A stretch of 64,000 nt of DNA from Minisyncoccota bacterium (GTDB lineage: Bacteria; Patescibacteriota; Minisyncoccia; Phycocordibacterales; UBA1006). Position 1 is the stretch's first letter, and each line of letters opens with the position of its first letter. The DNA is taken from positions 185,306-249,305 of the forward strand of contig JAIPIY010000001.1 of NCBI GenBank assembly GCA_021734445.1. The letters are read 5' to 3'. Positions 10,896-21,636 of this stretch are shown here, in pieces. The translations under genes and the position numbers were made by a program. The notes under the pieces are model-generated. The model was not told where the DNA came from. It saw nothing but the letters and a program-made list of their open reading frames with translations, and made no database searches.

Positions 10896-11939
10896 TTAAC
10901 TACTAGCTTGCATTGCTGAACTACGTGAACAAGTAAATTTAATTCTTCCAGCACCCCCTGAAAAACTTTCACCAAGGTTATTGTCTGTTTCAAATTCATG
11001 AGTACCGTTTAATAAGAAACCTCCCCCTGTTACTTCACAGGAATATACATAACGATGAGAACTTGGCATTACTGGTGTCGTTGGCTTGGTTTCATTATTG
11101 ATATCTTGTATATTTGCAACCACATGATTCATTTGATTCAAAGCTGTATAATTTGCAACACCTGTTACCGGAAAACCATATTTAGCCTGAAATGCACGTA
11201 TTTGGGCTTGAGTTTTTGGACCAGCTTTTCCATCTGCATTTCCAACATCAAAACCAGAACGATTTAATAACAATTGCAAATTCATTACATGAGATACTGG
11301 TAAAATTCTGTCATCTTGTAGATTTTCAGGATCCAAAGGACTTCCAGTAACATCAGTAATAGGATTTACACGTGCAGTAGTATTAACTTGTACTGGAGGC
11401 AATACGCAAGCACCAATAGAAACACTCCAAATTTGTCCTACTGGACATGATGGATTAGTACGCTGAGTAGTCGTTGTCATTGTATTTCCACTTGGCATTG
11501 TGATACTTGAAGAAGCATAACAACCCTGGCTAGCCCCACTGGATCCTACTGATGTACCCCATGAACCACCTGCGTCACGACAGATTTCCATACAAAGACT
11601 AAATGCAGATTGAGTTGATCCATTACAAGCATTAAATACATATGCCGTAGAAGGCGCTACTGTAACAGGGGAAATTACACAAGCACCAATTGTAACACTC
11701 CAAATCTGACCCGAAGGACAAGATGGATTAGTGCGAACTGTTGCATCTTTTGTTACCACGGGGTCAATCGTAGTAGTAGCCCGAGAAACCAATCCACCTA
11801 ATTGCAATCGGATTGATTCCAATTGTTGATACAGGTTTTGTAATACTGTTTGATCTGCGTTTGACTGTGCTTGTGCTGGATTTCCAAAAGAAAAAACCAA
11901 AGCAAAAACCAGAAATGCAGAAAAAATTATTTTTTTCAT
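10896..11939 (-). CDS. Secreted protein with Cys-rich repeats and peptidoglycan-binding domain
   Basis: Signal peptide; two RTNPSCPxGQIWSVxIGACV repeats; PG-binding motif LQLLL..GF..DGKAGPKTQAQIRAFQ..VTG. Confidence 0.8.
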   Translation of the reverse strand: MKKIIFSAFLVFALVFSFGNPAQAQSNADQTVLQNLYQQLESIRLQLGGLVSRATTTIDPVVTKDATVRTNPSCPSGQIWSVTIGACVISPVTVAPSTAYVFNACNGSTQSAFSLCMEICRDAGGSWGTSVGSSGASQGCYASSSITMPSGNTMTTTTQRTNPSCPVGQIWSVSIGACVLPPVQVNTTARVNPITDVTGSPLDPENLQDDRILPVSHVMNLQLLLNRSGFDVGNADGKAGPKTQAQIRAFQAKYGFPVTGVANYTALNQMNHVVANIQDINNETKPTTPVMPSSHRYVYSCEVTGGGFLLNGTHEFETDNNLGESFSGGAGRIKFTCSRSSAMQASS

Positions 11940-12044
11940 AAAAAATTATACTAATTAATAATATCTAAACGAGAACACTTGCTACATATTGTAACCCCTT
12001 GATGGGATGTGTCAATGGTTATGAGGTGTATATGGGGAAAAGAT

Positions 12045-12252
12045 GCTGTGGGGGTCTGCCCCCACAACTAGAGACTAATGACTAAAAGCTAGTAGCTAAT
12101 TTCTCCCCCTTTTCAAGGGGGAGATTAAGAGGGGGTTATGATATAAGGAAAGTTTAGGGATTATTGCCAGCTTTTAAGATTCCCGCTTACGCGGGAATGA
12201 CAACCGATGCTTTGTGGGGACAGACCCCGCAATGTGCGGGGTCTGTCCCCAC
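12045..12252. repeat. Mosaic of short palindromic repeats (REP-like and dRS3-like)
   Basis: TGTGGGGGTCTGCCCCCACA, CTCCCCCTTTTCAAGGGGGAG, ATTCCC-N8-GGGAAT (12179-12198), GTGGGGACAGACCCCGCA-A-TGTGCGGGGTCTGTCCCCAC. Confidence 0.75.
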
Positions 12253-12256
12253 TCAG

Positions 12257-13792
12257 CTATGTATTTTTTGGGCGGTATTGCAATGCCTCTAGCACGTGTG
12301 ATTCTTGTATTTCTTCGGATTCATCCAAATCTGCAATAGTTCGTGCCAATTTGATAACCCGATGATACGCACGTGGGGAAAGTGATAATTTTTCTGCACT
12401 GGTTTGTAGTATCTTTTTTACATTTTCATCTAAATGAATTTTTTGAATATCTTTTGCAGATAATTCACTATTTTTCTTATTGTATCTTTGGTATTGTTTT
12501 TCTCTGGCCCGCTCTACGCGTTTTTTTATTGATTCTTGGGTCCCATGTGCATCAGGTTTTCTGTCGCCGGACAACGTATCATAATCAACATGTTCAACTT
12601 CGAGCCAAATATCAATACGATCCATAATAGGTCCAGATATTTTACGTTTGTATCGCGCAATTGCGCTGGGACTACATACACAGGTCTTTTTTCGTGACCC
12701 AAAAAATCCACACGGACACGGATTCATCGCTGACACCAATAGAAAATGTGCGGGAAATTTTGCACTGCCATGTGCACGAGAAATATGTACATGACGATCT
12801 TCTAATGGCTGACGTAATGATTCGATCACTCGTTTATCAAATTCAGGAAATTCATCGAGAAACAGAACACCTTTGTGTGCCAAGGTAACTTCGCCGGGCT
12901 TTGGAATTGATCCGCCCCCTATTACTGCAATATGACTGGATGTATGATGAGGGGAACGAAATGGAGGATGCATAATGACTTCTTTTTCCAATGTTCCCGA
13001 CAATGAATGAATACCTGTGATTTCTAATATTTCATCTCGAGACAACGCTGGCAAGATTCCAGAAAAAGCACGGGCCAACATGGTTTTTCCTGTACCCGGT
13101 GGTCCATACATACCAACATTATGTCCGCCCGCTGCGGCGATTTCTAATCCTCGTTTTGCATGTTCTTGGCTTTGCACATCATCAAAAGAAACGGGCGGAA
13201 CATATTGTGAGATATCTAATACAGTTTCGGGTTGTGGAGCCAGTGAAAACATTTCCATTGATTCAGTATTTTGTTTTGGTTGCAGATGACGCACAATATC
13301 AGACAATGTGCGGACGGGATACACAGTGATTCCAGAAACCAACGCAGCCTCTTTTGCATTATGTGAAGGAACATAAAATTCGGTAAATCCTTCTCGTAGT
13401 GCCATTTGTGCCAACAGTAATGCACCACGGATAGGTTGCAATTCGCCATTTAATGCCAGTTCACCGACAAATAATTTCTTTTCTGGATTAAAAGATAATT
13501 CTTCGGATGCCATCAAATATCCTAATGCAATAGGAACATCAAAAAATGAACCTTCTTTTTTTACTTCTGCTGGAGCCAAAGAAACAACTGTTTTTTGATT
13601 GGTATGTTTTGGAGAAGAGAATCCAGAATTTTTTAATGCAGATCCAACACGGTCGCGAGATTCTTCGACAGCCTTGTCTGGTAATCCAACCAACGTAAAT
13701 GCATTTAGTCCTGTTGCCAAATCAACCTCGACGGTTATTAGGTTACCCTGTGTTACATGTGGTTGTGCAGAATATACACGAGCAAATGCCAT
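12257..13792 (-). CDS. comM: ComM/YifB-family AAA+ ATPase
   Basis: VGLPDKAVEESRDRV, GPPGTGKT, PFRSPHH, LFLDEFPEF, AMNPCPCG; start set at MAFARVYSA. Confidence 0.95.
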   Translation of the reverse strand: MAFARVYSAQPHVTQGNLITVEVDLATGLNAFTLVGLPDKAVEESRDRVGSALKNSGFSSPKHTNQKTVVSLAPAEVKKEGSFFDVPIALGYLMASEELSFNPEKKLFVGELALNGELQPIRGALLLAQMALREGFTEFYVPSHNAKEAALVSGITVYPVRTLSDIVRHLQPKQNTESMEMFSLAPQPETVLDISQYVPPVSFDDVQSQEHAKRGLEIAAAGGHNVGMYGPPGTGKTMLARAFSGILPALSRDEILEITGIHSLSGTLEKEVIMHPPFRSPHHTSSHIAVIGGGSIPKPGEVTLAHKGVLFLDEFPEFDKRVIESLRQPLEDRHVHISRAHGSAKFPAHFLLVSAMNPCPCGFFGSRKKTCVCSPSAIARYKRKISGPIMDRIDIWLEVEHVDYDTLSGDRKPDAHGTQESIKKRVERAREKQYQRYNKKNSELSAKDIQKIHLDENVKKILQTSAEKLSLSPRAYHRVIKLARTIADLDESEEIQESHVLEALQYRPKNT

Positions 13793-13894
13793 AGATATAT
13801 TTATTGTATAAAAAATAAAATAAATATACAAGAACACTGTGTATAAAAAATACACACATCATAAATATGGTGCGTATATTTAAAAAGATTCTTT

Positions 13895-14266
13895 TTATTT
13901 CATATGAGCAATAGAAGTCGGGGCAGCAGGATTTGCTTCTAGTCGTTCTATTTCAATAGGTTCACCAGATACTTCACAAATACCAAAAGTTCCATCATTC
14001 AATGCAATTTTTTGCAGTGCCTTGTCTACTTCACCCAATCGAATTTCTAATTCAGACAATGAGGCAACTCTTTCTTGGAAATCAACCACATTATCTGCTT
14101 GATCAACGAAATCTGGTTCTTGGGCATCTTGGTGTGCTGGTTGTGCCTCCCAATCATCCTTGTATCCTGTTGGGTGACCACTGTCACCTAATTCTTGTAA
14201 AAGAACCTTTCGTTCTTCTTCAAGTAATTTTTGAAAGTGTGCTATATCTAAATCATTTCTTTTCAT
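13895..14266 (-). CDS. DksA/TraR-family protein
   Basis: Coiled coil with DFVDQA tip and GTFGICEVSGEPIEIERLEANP. Confidence 0.85.
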   Translation of the reverse strand: MKRNDLDIAHFQKLLEEERKVLLQELGDSGHPTGYKDDWEAQPAHQDAQEPDFVDQADNVVDFQERVASLSELEIRLGEVDKALQKIALNDGTFGICEVSGEPIEIERLEANPAAPTSIAHMK

Positions 14267-14305
14267 ATAGGCAAAGTGTACCATAGTGAAAATAAAAAGA
14301 GAAGC

Positions 14306-16225
14306 CTAACGAAATTGCAAAAATGTTGATCTTGCCATTCTACGAATAGCCTCTTCCAACACGCTTTCATGGGTCGTAATCAGTAGGGTGTTTTCATTGA
14401 GAAAAGTATACAGCAAAACGGTTTCTTGTTCGTCATAAGTCGGCACAAATTGTGATTCTGTATCGAGAATAATTTTTTCCACATACTGATCCAAAGATTC
14501 TAAAAACCTCACCACCATTTCATCCGTAGAATTTGTCTGGGCAACCAATACATCTTCTTCTCCTATGCGGGCACATGCATTTACTCGATAGGTTGCCGCT
14601 GACAATCCCTGCAGTGATTGTTCAACAACGGAATCTGGCAATAGAGGACAACTGTTTGATCTATCAATAATCAAATCATCTCCTGATGGCGTAGTGAACA
14701 ACAGGGGAAAAATAATCGGTGCAGAAATTTCTTCTTCTAAGACAACACCTACAATAACTCCGTCATCTTGTACAGAAACTTCTTCTGTAGTTTCTTCTAT
14801 TACTTCTTCTGTAGTAATAGGTTCTTCGGTAGTATTTTCAGATTCAGAATTTGATTCCAGTCCAATATCAGACTCAACTCCATCTCCATCCAAAGAAATC
14901 TCAGAATCTTCTTGTGTTTCAACAACCGGCATATAAGTGCCTTGTAATAGAATAGTTTCTGGATACCAAATTAAAATATCTGATATCGCAAAAGATTCTA
15001 ACCGTGTATTTTCAAATGTTCGAGGTATCGCATCTGTTTCTCGAGAAACCAAAGCAGTATTAAACTGTGCACGTCTAATGTTGCGATTTTTCCAAAGAAC
15101 ATTTTCAAAAGGTGCACGTTCATAGGTCATACGCAAAGCATCGGGAGGTAATCCAAAAAGATTTTTTACATCAGCAATTAATGTATCTTCCCAAATTTGC
15201 ATTCCAGAAAATGCATTATCATAGGTGCTTACTCGAAGAACCATAAACGGATAATTTTGTGCACCAGAAAAAATACCATACATAAATGGAGATTCTTCCA
15301 ATGTTCCCAAAAATCCTAATGGTGCTTTTATTTGTAATGTCTCCAAGAATTGTTTGCTGGTCAACGGTCGGCTTCCTAAGCCTTCTGGAATAACAGGATG
15401 TAATGCAATAACAGAATTAAAAGTATATGCAGAAGAAAGAACTTCTTTTATTTTTGTTGCACTATCTAATAATGCAATACCTACGGGAAATGATATTACT
15501 GCATAATCATCAGAAGGTAGCAGTGTTGGTGCGCCTGCCTGATTATTTTGTTGCAACAAATTAATATTGGTAAATTTTGGTAGAACAAAAAACATTACAA
15601 TAAAGATGGCGCCAGCAAAAAATAAAAATGACCCAATGCCATAAAAAATGTTTTTTGTTGTAAATTTTGCATCTTGTTTTTTTTGTTGCTCTTCTTCATG
15701 CACAGTATCAAAAACGGTTGCAATCGTTGTTGGGTCACTGGTGGTGGTTACATGTTGTACATCACTGAAGTATGTTCGCATTGCAGAATCTTTTTTGGGC
15801 ATCAGCGTAGGATCACGCAATGGATCTTTTTGTCGTTCACGCTCATAGTCTTCGAATGAAACTTTTTCAGCATGCAGTGCATCGGCAAATTCTGGATGTT
15901 CGGTTGCAACCGTATCACCCGCACGAAGAACATCCACCAACGCAGGATCAGATGCATGTTCTAGCATGGTTACATCAACTACAGATTCTTTATCTTCTTC
16001 GGGAGTAACAGCATCTTCTCCTTGGGGAACAGAAAAGGAAATACCACCTACATCTTCTTGTTCTGCGTTTACTAATTCTTCATCTTGCTTGTTTACGATA
16101 CGAGAAGGTTCAATAGTATTATTAACATCAAACAAAGGATTATATTCCTGAGTTTCATCAAAAGATGTCGGTATAAAAAATTTCGCCTTTTTGAGAGAAG
16201 ATTGTGCATCTTTTTCATTGTCCAT
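14306..16225 (-). CDS. Hypothetical membrane-anchored protein
   Basis: Long ORF, acidic N-terminus, one TM helix, RTYFSD and AFSGMQIWE motifs. Confidence 0.8.
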   Translation of the reverse strand: MDNEKDAQSSLKKAKFFIPTSFDETQEYNPLFDVNNTIEPSRIVNKQDEELVNAEQEDVGGISFSVPQGEDAVTPEEDKESVVDVTMLEHASDPALVDVLRAGDTVATEHPEFADALHAEKVSFEDYERERQKDPLRDPTLMPKKDSAMRTYFSDVQHVTTTSDPTTIATVFDTVHEEEQQKKQDAKFTTKNIFYGIGSFLFFAGAIFIVMFFVLPKFTNINLLQQNNQAGAPTLLPSDDYAVISFPVGIALLDSATKIKEVLSSAYTFNSVIALHPVIPEGLGSRPLTSKQFLETLQIKAPLGFLGTLEESPFMYGIFSGAQNYPFMVLRVSTYDNAFSGMQIWEDTLIADVKNLFGLPPDALRMTYERAPFENVLWKNRNIRRAQFNTALVSRETDAIPRTFENTRLESFAISDILIWYPETILLQGTYMPVVETQEDSEISLDGDGVESDIGLESNSESENTTEEPITTEEVIEETTEEVSVQDDGVIVGVVLEEEISAPIIFPLLFTTPSGDDLIIDRSNSCPLLPDSVVEQSLQGLSAATYRVNACARIGEEDVLVAQTNSTDEMVVRFLESLDQYVEKIILDTESQFVPTYDEQETVLLYTFLNENTLLITTHESVLEEAIRRMARSTFLQFR

Positions 16226-16321
16226 ACTTATATAGTATCACGAGACCAAATAGAATCACAATCATTTTTAAATGTAATAGGCATTTTTTTCATTTTTTAA
16301 AAACTATGATACACTTTGATC

Positions 16322-16765
16322 ATGGATAATTTTTTAAACCGATTTTTAAAATCAAAACGAGACGGCGAAAATACCAATAAACCCACTTCTCCAGAATCTG
16401 GATTAGACGTTCCCCCATCTGTTGACCCTGCATATTTTTCAGAAATATTACACCATCTTGAATCAAATGGATTTGATCAATCAAAAGCTTCTGCCAGCAT
16501 TATCAGAAATCTTGGGGCAGAGAGTACAAAAACTGGTGAATATGTTTCATTTAGTGATATCACTATCAAACAAGCAACGGAAATTGCTCTTGACCCATCG
16601 CATCCAATCCATAAAGAAATAATTGATAAGAAAAAAGGAATTAGTGAATCAAAAAGAAACATGCTTGGAAAAGCATATGATGAGACATTCAACCCTAATC
16701 AACAATTTGCAGATCTGGGTGACACGATAGAAAACGAAGAAAAGGGAGGCACTCGAATCGATTAA
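16322..16765 (+). CDS. Hypothetical protein, paralog of 59694..60110
   Basis: ATG 6 nt after TACACT; C-terminal half aligns with the 59694 protein. Confidence 0.75.
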   Translation: MDNFLNRFLKSKRDGENTNKPTSPESGLDVPPSVDPAYFSEILHHLESNGFDQSKASASIIRNLGAESTKTGEYVSFSDITIKQATEIALDPSHPIHKEIIDKKKGISESKRNMLGKAYDETFNPNQQFADLGDTIENEEKGGTRID

Positions 16766-16834
16766 GAACCTATAACAAAAAACAAGCAAGAAAATCTTGC
16801 TTGTTTTTTGTTATATATACATTAATATGTATTT

Positions 16835-18973
16835 TTATTTTTTCTGAACAATAAACTCAGGGTTATCTTTTTTGATAGATAAACTAATTCGGTCACGCTC
16901 TTTGTCGATAGCAACAACGGTTACCGGAACCATTTGTCCTTCTGTTAAATAATCAGAAACCTTTTCAATACGAAATGGTGCGATTTCAGAAACATGCACT
17001 AACCCATCAGCAAAAGGAGATATACTGACGATAGCACCAATTTCCAAAACTTTGCGAACGGTTCCTTGTGCAGTTTCACCCACAGTCCATTCTTTTGTCA
17101 TATTTGCAATCATGTCACGAGCCATTTCTGCAGATCCATTTTTTCCAATACAATATACCAAACCATCTTCTTCGATAGTAATTTCTGCACCAGTTTTTTC
17201 ACGAATTTCATTTATTGTTTTTCCTCCGGAACCAATCACCATACCAATTTGTGATGGATAAATACGCAATGAAACAATCTTGGGCGCATGCAAAGAAACA
17301 TCTAACCGAGGTTCTGCAATTGTTTGTTGTAGTACATCCAAAATCTGCAAACGAGCTTTTTTAGCTGAACCTAATGCATCAACCAAAATATCCACAGGAA
17401 TTCCATCTAATTTAATATCCAATTGAATTGCTGTAATTCCATTTCTTGTTCCAGCAACCTTGAAATCCATATCACCATAATGATCTTCTACACCCTGAAT
17501 GTCAGTTAACAATGCATACTGTGAAACATCTTCCGTGTTTAACATTAATCCAACAGAAATTCCCGCAACTGGCGCCAACAATGGAACACCTCCATCCATT
17601 AATGCCAATGTCGATGCGCACACCGACGCCTGTGACGTAGAACCATTTGATGCCATACATTCAGAAACCACACGAATCGTATATGGGAAAACTTCTTTCG
17701 ATGGAATGACAGAAACCAATGCTTTTTCTGCCAATGCACCATGACCAATTTCACGCCGATTTAATCCACCAAAACGCCCCGTTTCTCCAACAGAAAATGG
17801 AGGAAAATTATAATGATGCATGAAACGTTTTATACCTTTTGTTTCCATGCCATCCATCGTGTACGCATCTTCTGGACCACCCAATGTTAATACGGACAAC
17901 ACATGAGTTTCTCCTCGGTAAAAAATTCCTGTTCCGTGTAATAATGGTGACAACCCACCCGCCTGTGCATACAAATCACGCACCTGATCTAATGTGCGAC
18001 CATCGGCACGTTTTCCATGAGAAAGAGCTAATTCATGTACCATCGCATCAACCGTTATTTCATAATAATGATGTGCTTGAGCAAAAATATCATCACGGTC
18101 TACATACTGTTCACGTAATGCATTTCTGTATGTTTCTTCTACTTCGTGAAACACTTTTTTATCAGCAGTACCATTTTCTAAATGGTTCCACAAAATATCT
18201 CGTACGGTGGTGTGAAACACGTCAGCTAATTCTGTTGGCACCACCGGTAGGGGGATATCGCGTTTTTCTTTTGCAATCTTTGCAATAATATCTTTTTGAA
18301 ATTGTTCCAGTGTGGCAATCGCAGAAATAGCATCGGTAAAACTTTGTGCCATAATTTCTTCTGAAACCTGACATGCCATAGATTCAATCATCGTAATACG
18401 ACCTTGGCGCGCACACACCAACAAATCAAAATCATAATCGTATTCAGAAGTAGATTTTTCTGTAGATCGTACGTATCGATTTAATGCAATATCTTTTTCT
18501 CCTACAGGACGACGCAATGCCACCGCACCCACGGGTCCGTTCCACGGAATATCAGAAACCGCCAATGCCAACGATGCAGCATTGATACCCAGAATCACTG
18601 GATCAAACGATCCTACAGATAATACGGTTACCACAATTTGAATTGAATTTTTTATATGATGAGAAAACAACGGACGCAATGTTCGGTCAATAATACGACA
18701 TGCCAAAATTGCTGTTTCAGATGGACGACCTTCACGTCGCATAAAACGACTGCCTAATATTTCCCCACTAGCATAAAATTTTTCTTGGTATTCAACCTGC
18801 AAATTAAAGAACCCTGGATTATGATCTCCGTTTGCAGACATACATGCTGTTGCTAATACAACAGTATCACCCGATCGCATAATTACTGCACCATGAGCCT
18901 GGTCTACCAAATTAGAAAATTCGGCAACAATCTCGTGTTCACCCAATTGCACTTTGTATTCTTGTTTTATCAT
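16835..18973 (-). CDS. pnp: Polyribonucleotide nucleotidyltransferase
   Basis: HHYNFPPFSVGE, RREIGHG, SNGSTSQAS, GDMDFKVAG, KH and S1 domains. Confidence 0.97.
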   Translation of the reverse strand: MIKQEYKVQLGEHEIVAEFSNLVDQAHGAVIMRSGDTVVLATACMSANGDHNPGFFNLQVEYQEKFYASGEILGSRFMRREGRPSETAILACRIIDRTLRPLFSHHIKNSIQIVVTVLSVGSFDPVILGINAASLALAVSDIPWNGPVGAVALRRPVGEKDIALNRYVRSTEKSTSEYDYDFDLLVCARQGRITMIESMACQVSEEIMAQSFTDAISAIATLEQFQKDIIAKIAKEKRDIPLPVVPTELADVFHTTVRDILWNHLENGTADKKVFHEVEETYRNALREQYVDRDDIFAQAHHYYEITVDAMVHELALSHGKRADGRTLDQVRDLYAQAGGLSPLLHGTGIFYRGETHVLSVLTLGGPEDAYTMDGMETKGIKRFMHHYNFPPFSVGETGRFGGLNRREIGHGALAEKALVSVIPSKEVFPYTIRVVSECMASNGSTSQASVCASTLALMDGGVPLLAPVAGISVGLMLNTEDVSQYALLTDIQGVEDHYGDMDFKVAGTRNGITAIQLDIKLDGIPVDILVDALGSAKKARLQILDVLQQTIAEPRLDVSLHAPKIVSLRIYPSQIGMVIGSGGKTINEIREKTGAEITIEEDGLVYCIGKNGSAEMARDMIANMTKEWTVGETAQGTVRKVLEIGAIVSISPFADGLVHVSEIAPFRIEKVSDYLTEGQMVPVTVVAIDKERDRISLSIKKDNPEFIVQKK

Positions 18974-19265
18974 ATTTTACAAGAAAGCCCTCAGACCTTA
19001 GTTTTGTATCAAAACAGATACAACACTACCCGTCCAAAGACTTTCTCTGGTTATATACTAATGTGCACAATTGTATCCTAGCATGAATTTTGATAATGAG
19101 TAATATACCTATATATTGTTCATATGCAAAAAAACTGACTGTTAGTCGTATAATTTGTGACTGCTTGACAATTAACTTTATATATGCTATATTACTACCA
19201 GAACATCACCTAATCTCTAACAAGAAAGGGTGACAATAGTTGCCCTTTCATAACAATCATACACC

Positions 19266-19727
19266 ATGAAGAATACTATTGAACTCTTCAATTCTTTTTC
19301 CATCCCAACCAGATCAATTTGGTCATTGTTGGGATTCATTGCGATTTGCGGGTTTGGATATCTACAGTTTGTGCATTTCCTGGTTCCAGGGTTTGTAGAG
19401 ATTTTCTCATACAATGATTTGGACAATCCCATGGATATTTCAACCGCCTGGAAACTGATGTGGGTGCCGATTCTGACCTACACTATTGCAGGCACTGGAA
19501 TGTGCCTACTGATCAATATCTTCAAAAAATTGAAGGGATCCAATAAAAAAGGTCTCATTCGAGGCTTGATTCGAGGTTTCATTGTGGGTATGATTTCTAG
19601 CCTCTCCTTCGGTCTCTTCTTAGGTCTTCTTATGGGTTCCGCCTTGATATTCGTTATAGCATTAATTTCTGGTCTCTTTTTAGGTTTTTTCCTTGGTTTA
19701 ACGGTATTCTCATTTATGAAAAAATGA
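19266..19727 (+). CDS. Membrane protein, paralog of 59103..59579
   Basis: TM helices and Gly-zipper C-terminus; own TTGACA..TATATT promoter and downstream hairpin. Confidence 0.75.
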   Translation: MKNTIELFNSFSIPTRSIWSLLGFIAICGFGYLQFVHFLVPGFVEIFSYNDLDNPMDISTAWKLMWVPILTYTIAGTGMCLLINIFKKLKGSNKKGLIRGLIRGFIVGMISSLSFGLFLGLLMGSALIFVIALISGLFLGFFLGLTVFSFMKK

Positions 19728-19786
19728 GTGCCCTAAAACAACATCCTCTGTCACTGCAAAGTGGCAGAGGATTTTTTATTAATGGA

Positions 19787-20060
19787 CTATCTCCTAGTAG
19801 CTAGTTACTAGGAGATAGCATGTAGTTCCCCGACCCTGCACAAAAAGACGCCAAGAAAACAATTCGAAAAGTACTAACTATGAATTGCATTTCTCGACCC
19901 TGCATGAGAAAGCGTTAAAAAAATCACCTCAAAAGTCTGTAAAGCAAAACATATGTTTGAGTAAAACGAGTTTATGTTTTGTAAGACTTTTGAGGTGATT
20001 TTTAGCTTTCGAGTGCGGGTCTGGTTTTTTTGTATTACTTTTTTGCCACCAAAAAAGTAA
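19787..20060. repeat. Palindrome-rich non-coding element (MITE/REP-like)
   Basis: Perfect 20-bp arms 19919-19938/19984-20003; direct repeat CGACCCTGCA at 19831 and 19895; flanking palindromes. Confidence 0.55.
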
Positions 20061-20221
20061 TGATGTTAAATTTGAAATTGAAATAATAGAATATTCGTTG
20101 CATATCAAAACCCACCTTATCCCCCCTTCACAAAGCGAGGAAAATGCAATTCGTAGTTTTTTAGAATTTAAAACTTTTTATCAAAAAGGTACAAAACAAA
20201 ATTATTTGCTATACTGTCCCC

Positions 20222-21391
20222 ATGTCATCAAAAGAATTTTATACAAACCTTCCGGCCAGCCCAAAACACTTTGTCGATATCGTAGAACAAGAACACGGTG
20301 TGCCGTTACCAGACTCTTGGCACATTATTGTCACTGACGTCGAAGATTCCAGTGCACAGCTAGAACACTATCAACAGGTAAATATTCTCGCTGCAAGCAG
20401 CGTGGTATCGGTTTTGAATATTGTTGAATCACATCAATTACAAATTCCTTTTATTTACGGTGGTGATGGTGCAACGTTATGTGTTCCCGAAGAAACTCTG
20501 GCAGAATGTTTAGCAACATTACACGCATTAAAAAGTCACGCCTGGAATCAATTCAAAGTTATCCTACGTGTGGGGCATGTACAAATATCTGACGTACGAG
20601 CGCGTGGTCACGAAGTGTCTGTAGAAAAATTCCGCGTTAACCAAGCCTACACCCAAGCAATATTTTTTGGAACAGGAACCTATTTTGCAGAACGTCATGT
20701 CAAAGACGATACCACAACACAAATGTACAATGGCCCATTGGCAGTCAGTTTAGATTTGCATGGATTAGAATGCAAATGGTCTGAGATTCATCCACCCCTG
20801 CACACCGAAGAAGTTATCGCATTAATCATACAATCAACGGAAACAAAAAATTCACAGAGCGTCTATACAAAAATCCTTCGTGATTTGGATACCATTTATG
20901 GAAACTTTGAACAACGTCACCCCGTTGATCATGCACAACTGACCCCAACAAAAGATTTACGAACAATTTTGTATGCGTCACGTATTAAATTTGGAAAGAT
21001 AAAATGGAATTATATTTTCTATTGGTCTCTTCGTGGATTCTTTGGTCCATTGAAACAAAAATTTCAATATATGTTTCGTCTGGGAAAATATAAACATCTT
21101 GAAATCAGTGCAGATTTGATGACCGCCAGTGATACATTAAAGGTCAGTGGAAACCTGATGACTATTTTTGCAGGAACTCATGAAATGCGTAAAAAATTTT
21201 TTCAAATATTAGATGATATGGAAAGTCTAGGGATTATTTATTATGGTCATTCAATATCAAAAACCGCAGTGATGACCTGTTATATTGATCGCGGAAACAG
21301 TACCCATATTAATTTCTTGGATGGATTTGGTGGTGGATACAGTCGGGCCGCATTGGAATTAAAAGCAAAAACAAAACAGGCAAAAAAATAA
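20222..21391 (+). CDS. DUF3095-like protein
   Basis: PFIYGGDGAT, LRVGHV, LDLHGLECKW, AVMTC, FLDGFGGGY. Confidence 0.8.
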   Translation: MSSKEFYTNLPASPKHFVDIVEQEHGVPLPDSWHIIVTDVEDSSAQLEHYQQVNILAASSVVSVLNIVESHQLQIPFIYGGDGATLCVPEETLAECLATLHALKSHAWNQFKVILRVGHVQISDVRARGHEVSVEKFRVNQAYTQAIFFGTGTYFAERHVKDDTTTQMYNGPLAVSLDLHGLECKWSEIHPPLHTEEVIALIIQSTETKNSQSVYTKILRDLDTIYGNFEQRHPVDHAQLTPTKDLRTILYASRIKFGKIKWNYIFYWSLRGFFGPLKQKFQYMFRLGKYKHLEISADLMTASDTLKVSGNLMTIFAGTHEMRKKFFQILDDMESLGIIYYGHSISKTAVMTCYIDRGNSTHINFLDGFGGGYSRAALELKAKTKQAKK

Positions 21392-21437
21392 CCCGACCGC
21401 ATAGTGCATGCAGTCGGGTCTATTCATTGATGACTCT

Positions 21438-21578
21438 TTAATCATCAGAAGGAAACATTAATCTTACGGGGTAGAAAATAAACCCCGGATAAGATTTTTC
21501 CATTGTATAGAATGCAAAGGGTGTAAACCCAAATACCTTCCAGAATAAGATTTGAACAACTTCTGCAAAGAGCTTCAT
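21438..21578 (-). CDS. Small 46-aa hypothetical protein
   Basis: MKLFAEVVQILFWKVFGFTPF...; preceded by TTGTCA-N17-TATGGT; below ORF-track cut-off. Confidence 0.45.
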   Translation of the reverse strand: MKLFAEVVQILFWKVFGFTPFAFYTMEKSYPGFIFYPVRLMFPSDD

Positions 21579-21636
21579 GGCGGGTGAGATTAGTTTATTT
21601 CACCATATCAAAAAACAAACAATCTGACAAGATTCT

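Noticed and set aside
19045-19070. dif-like sequence (GTGCACATTAGTATATAA on the minus strand)
   Set aside because: Lacks the XerD arm TTATGTTAAAT and needs a gap to align
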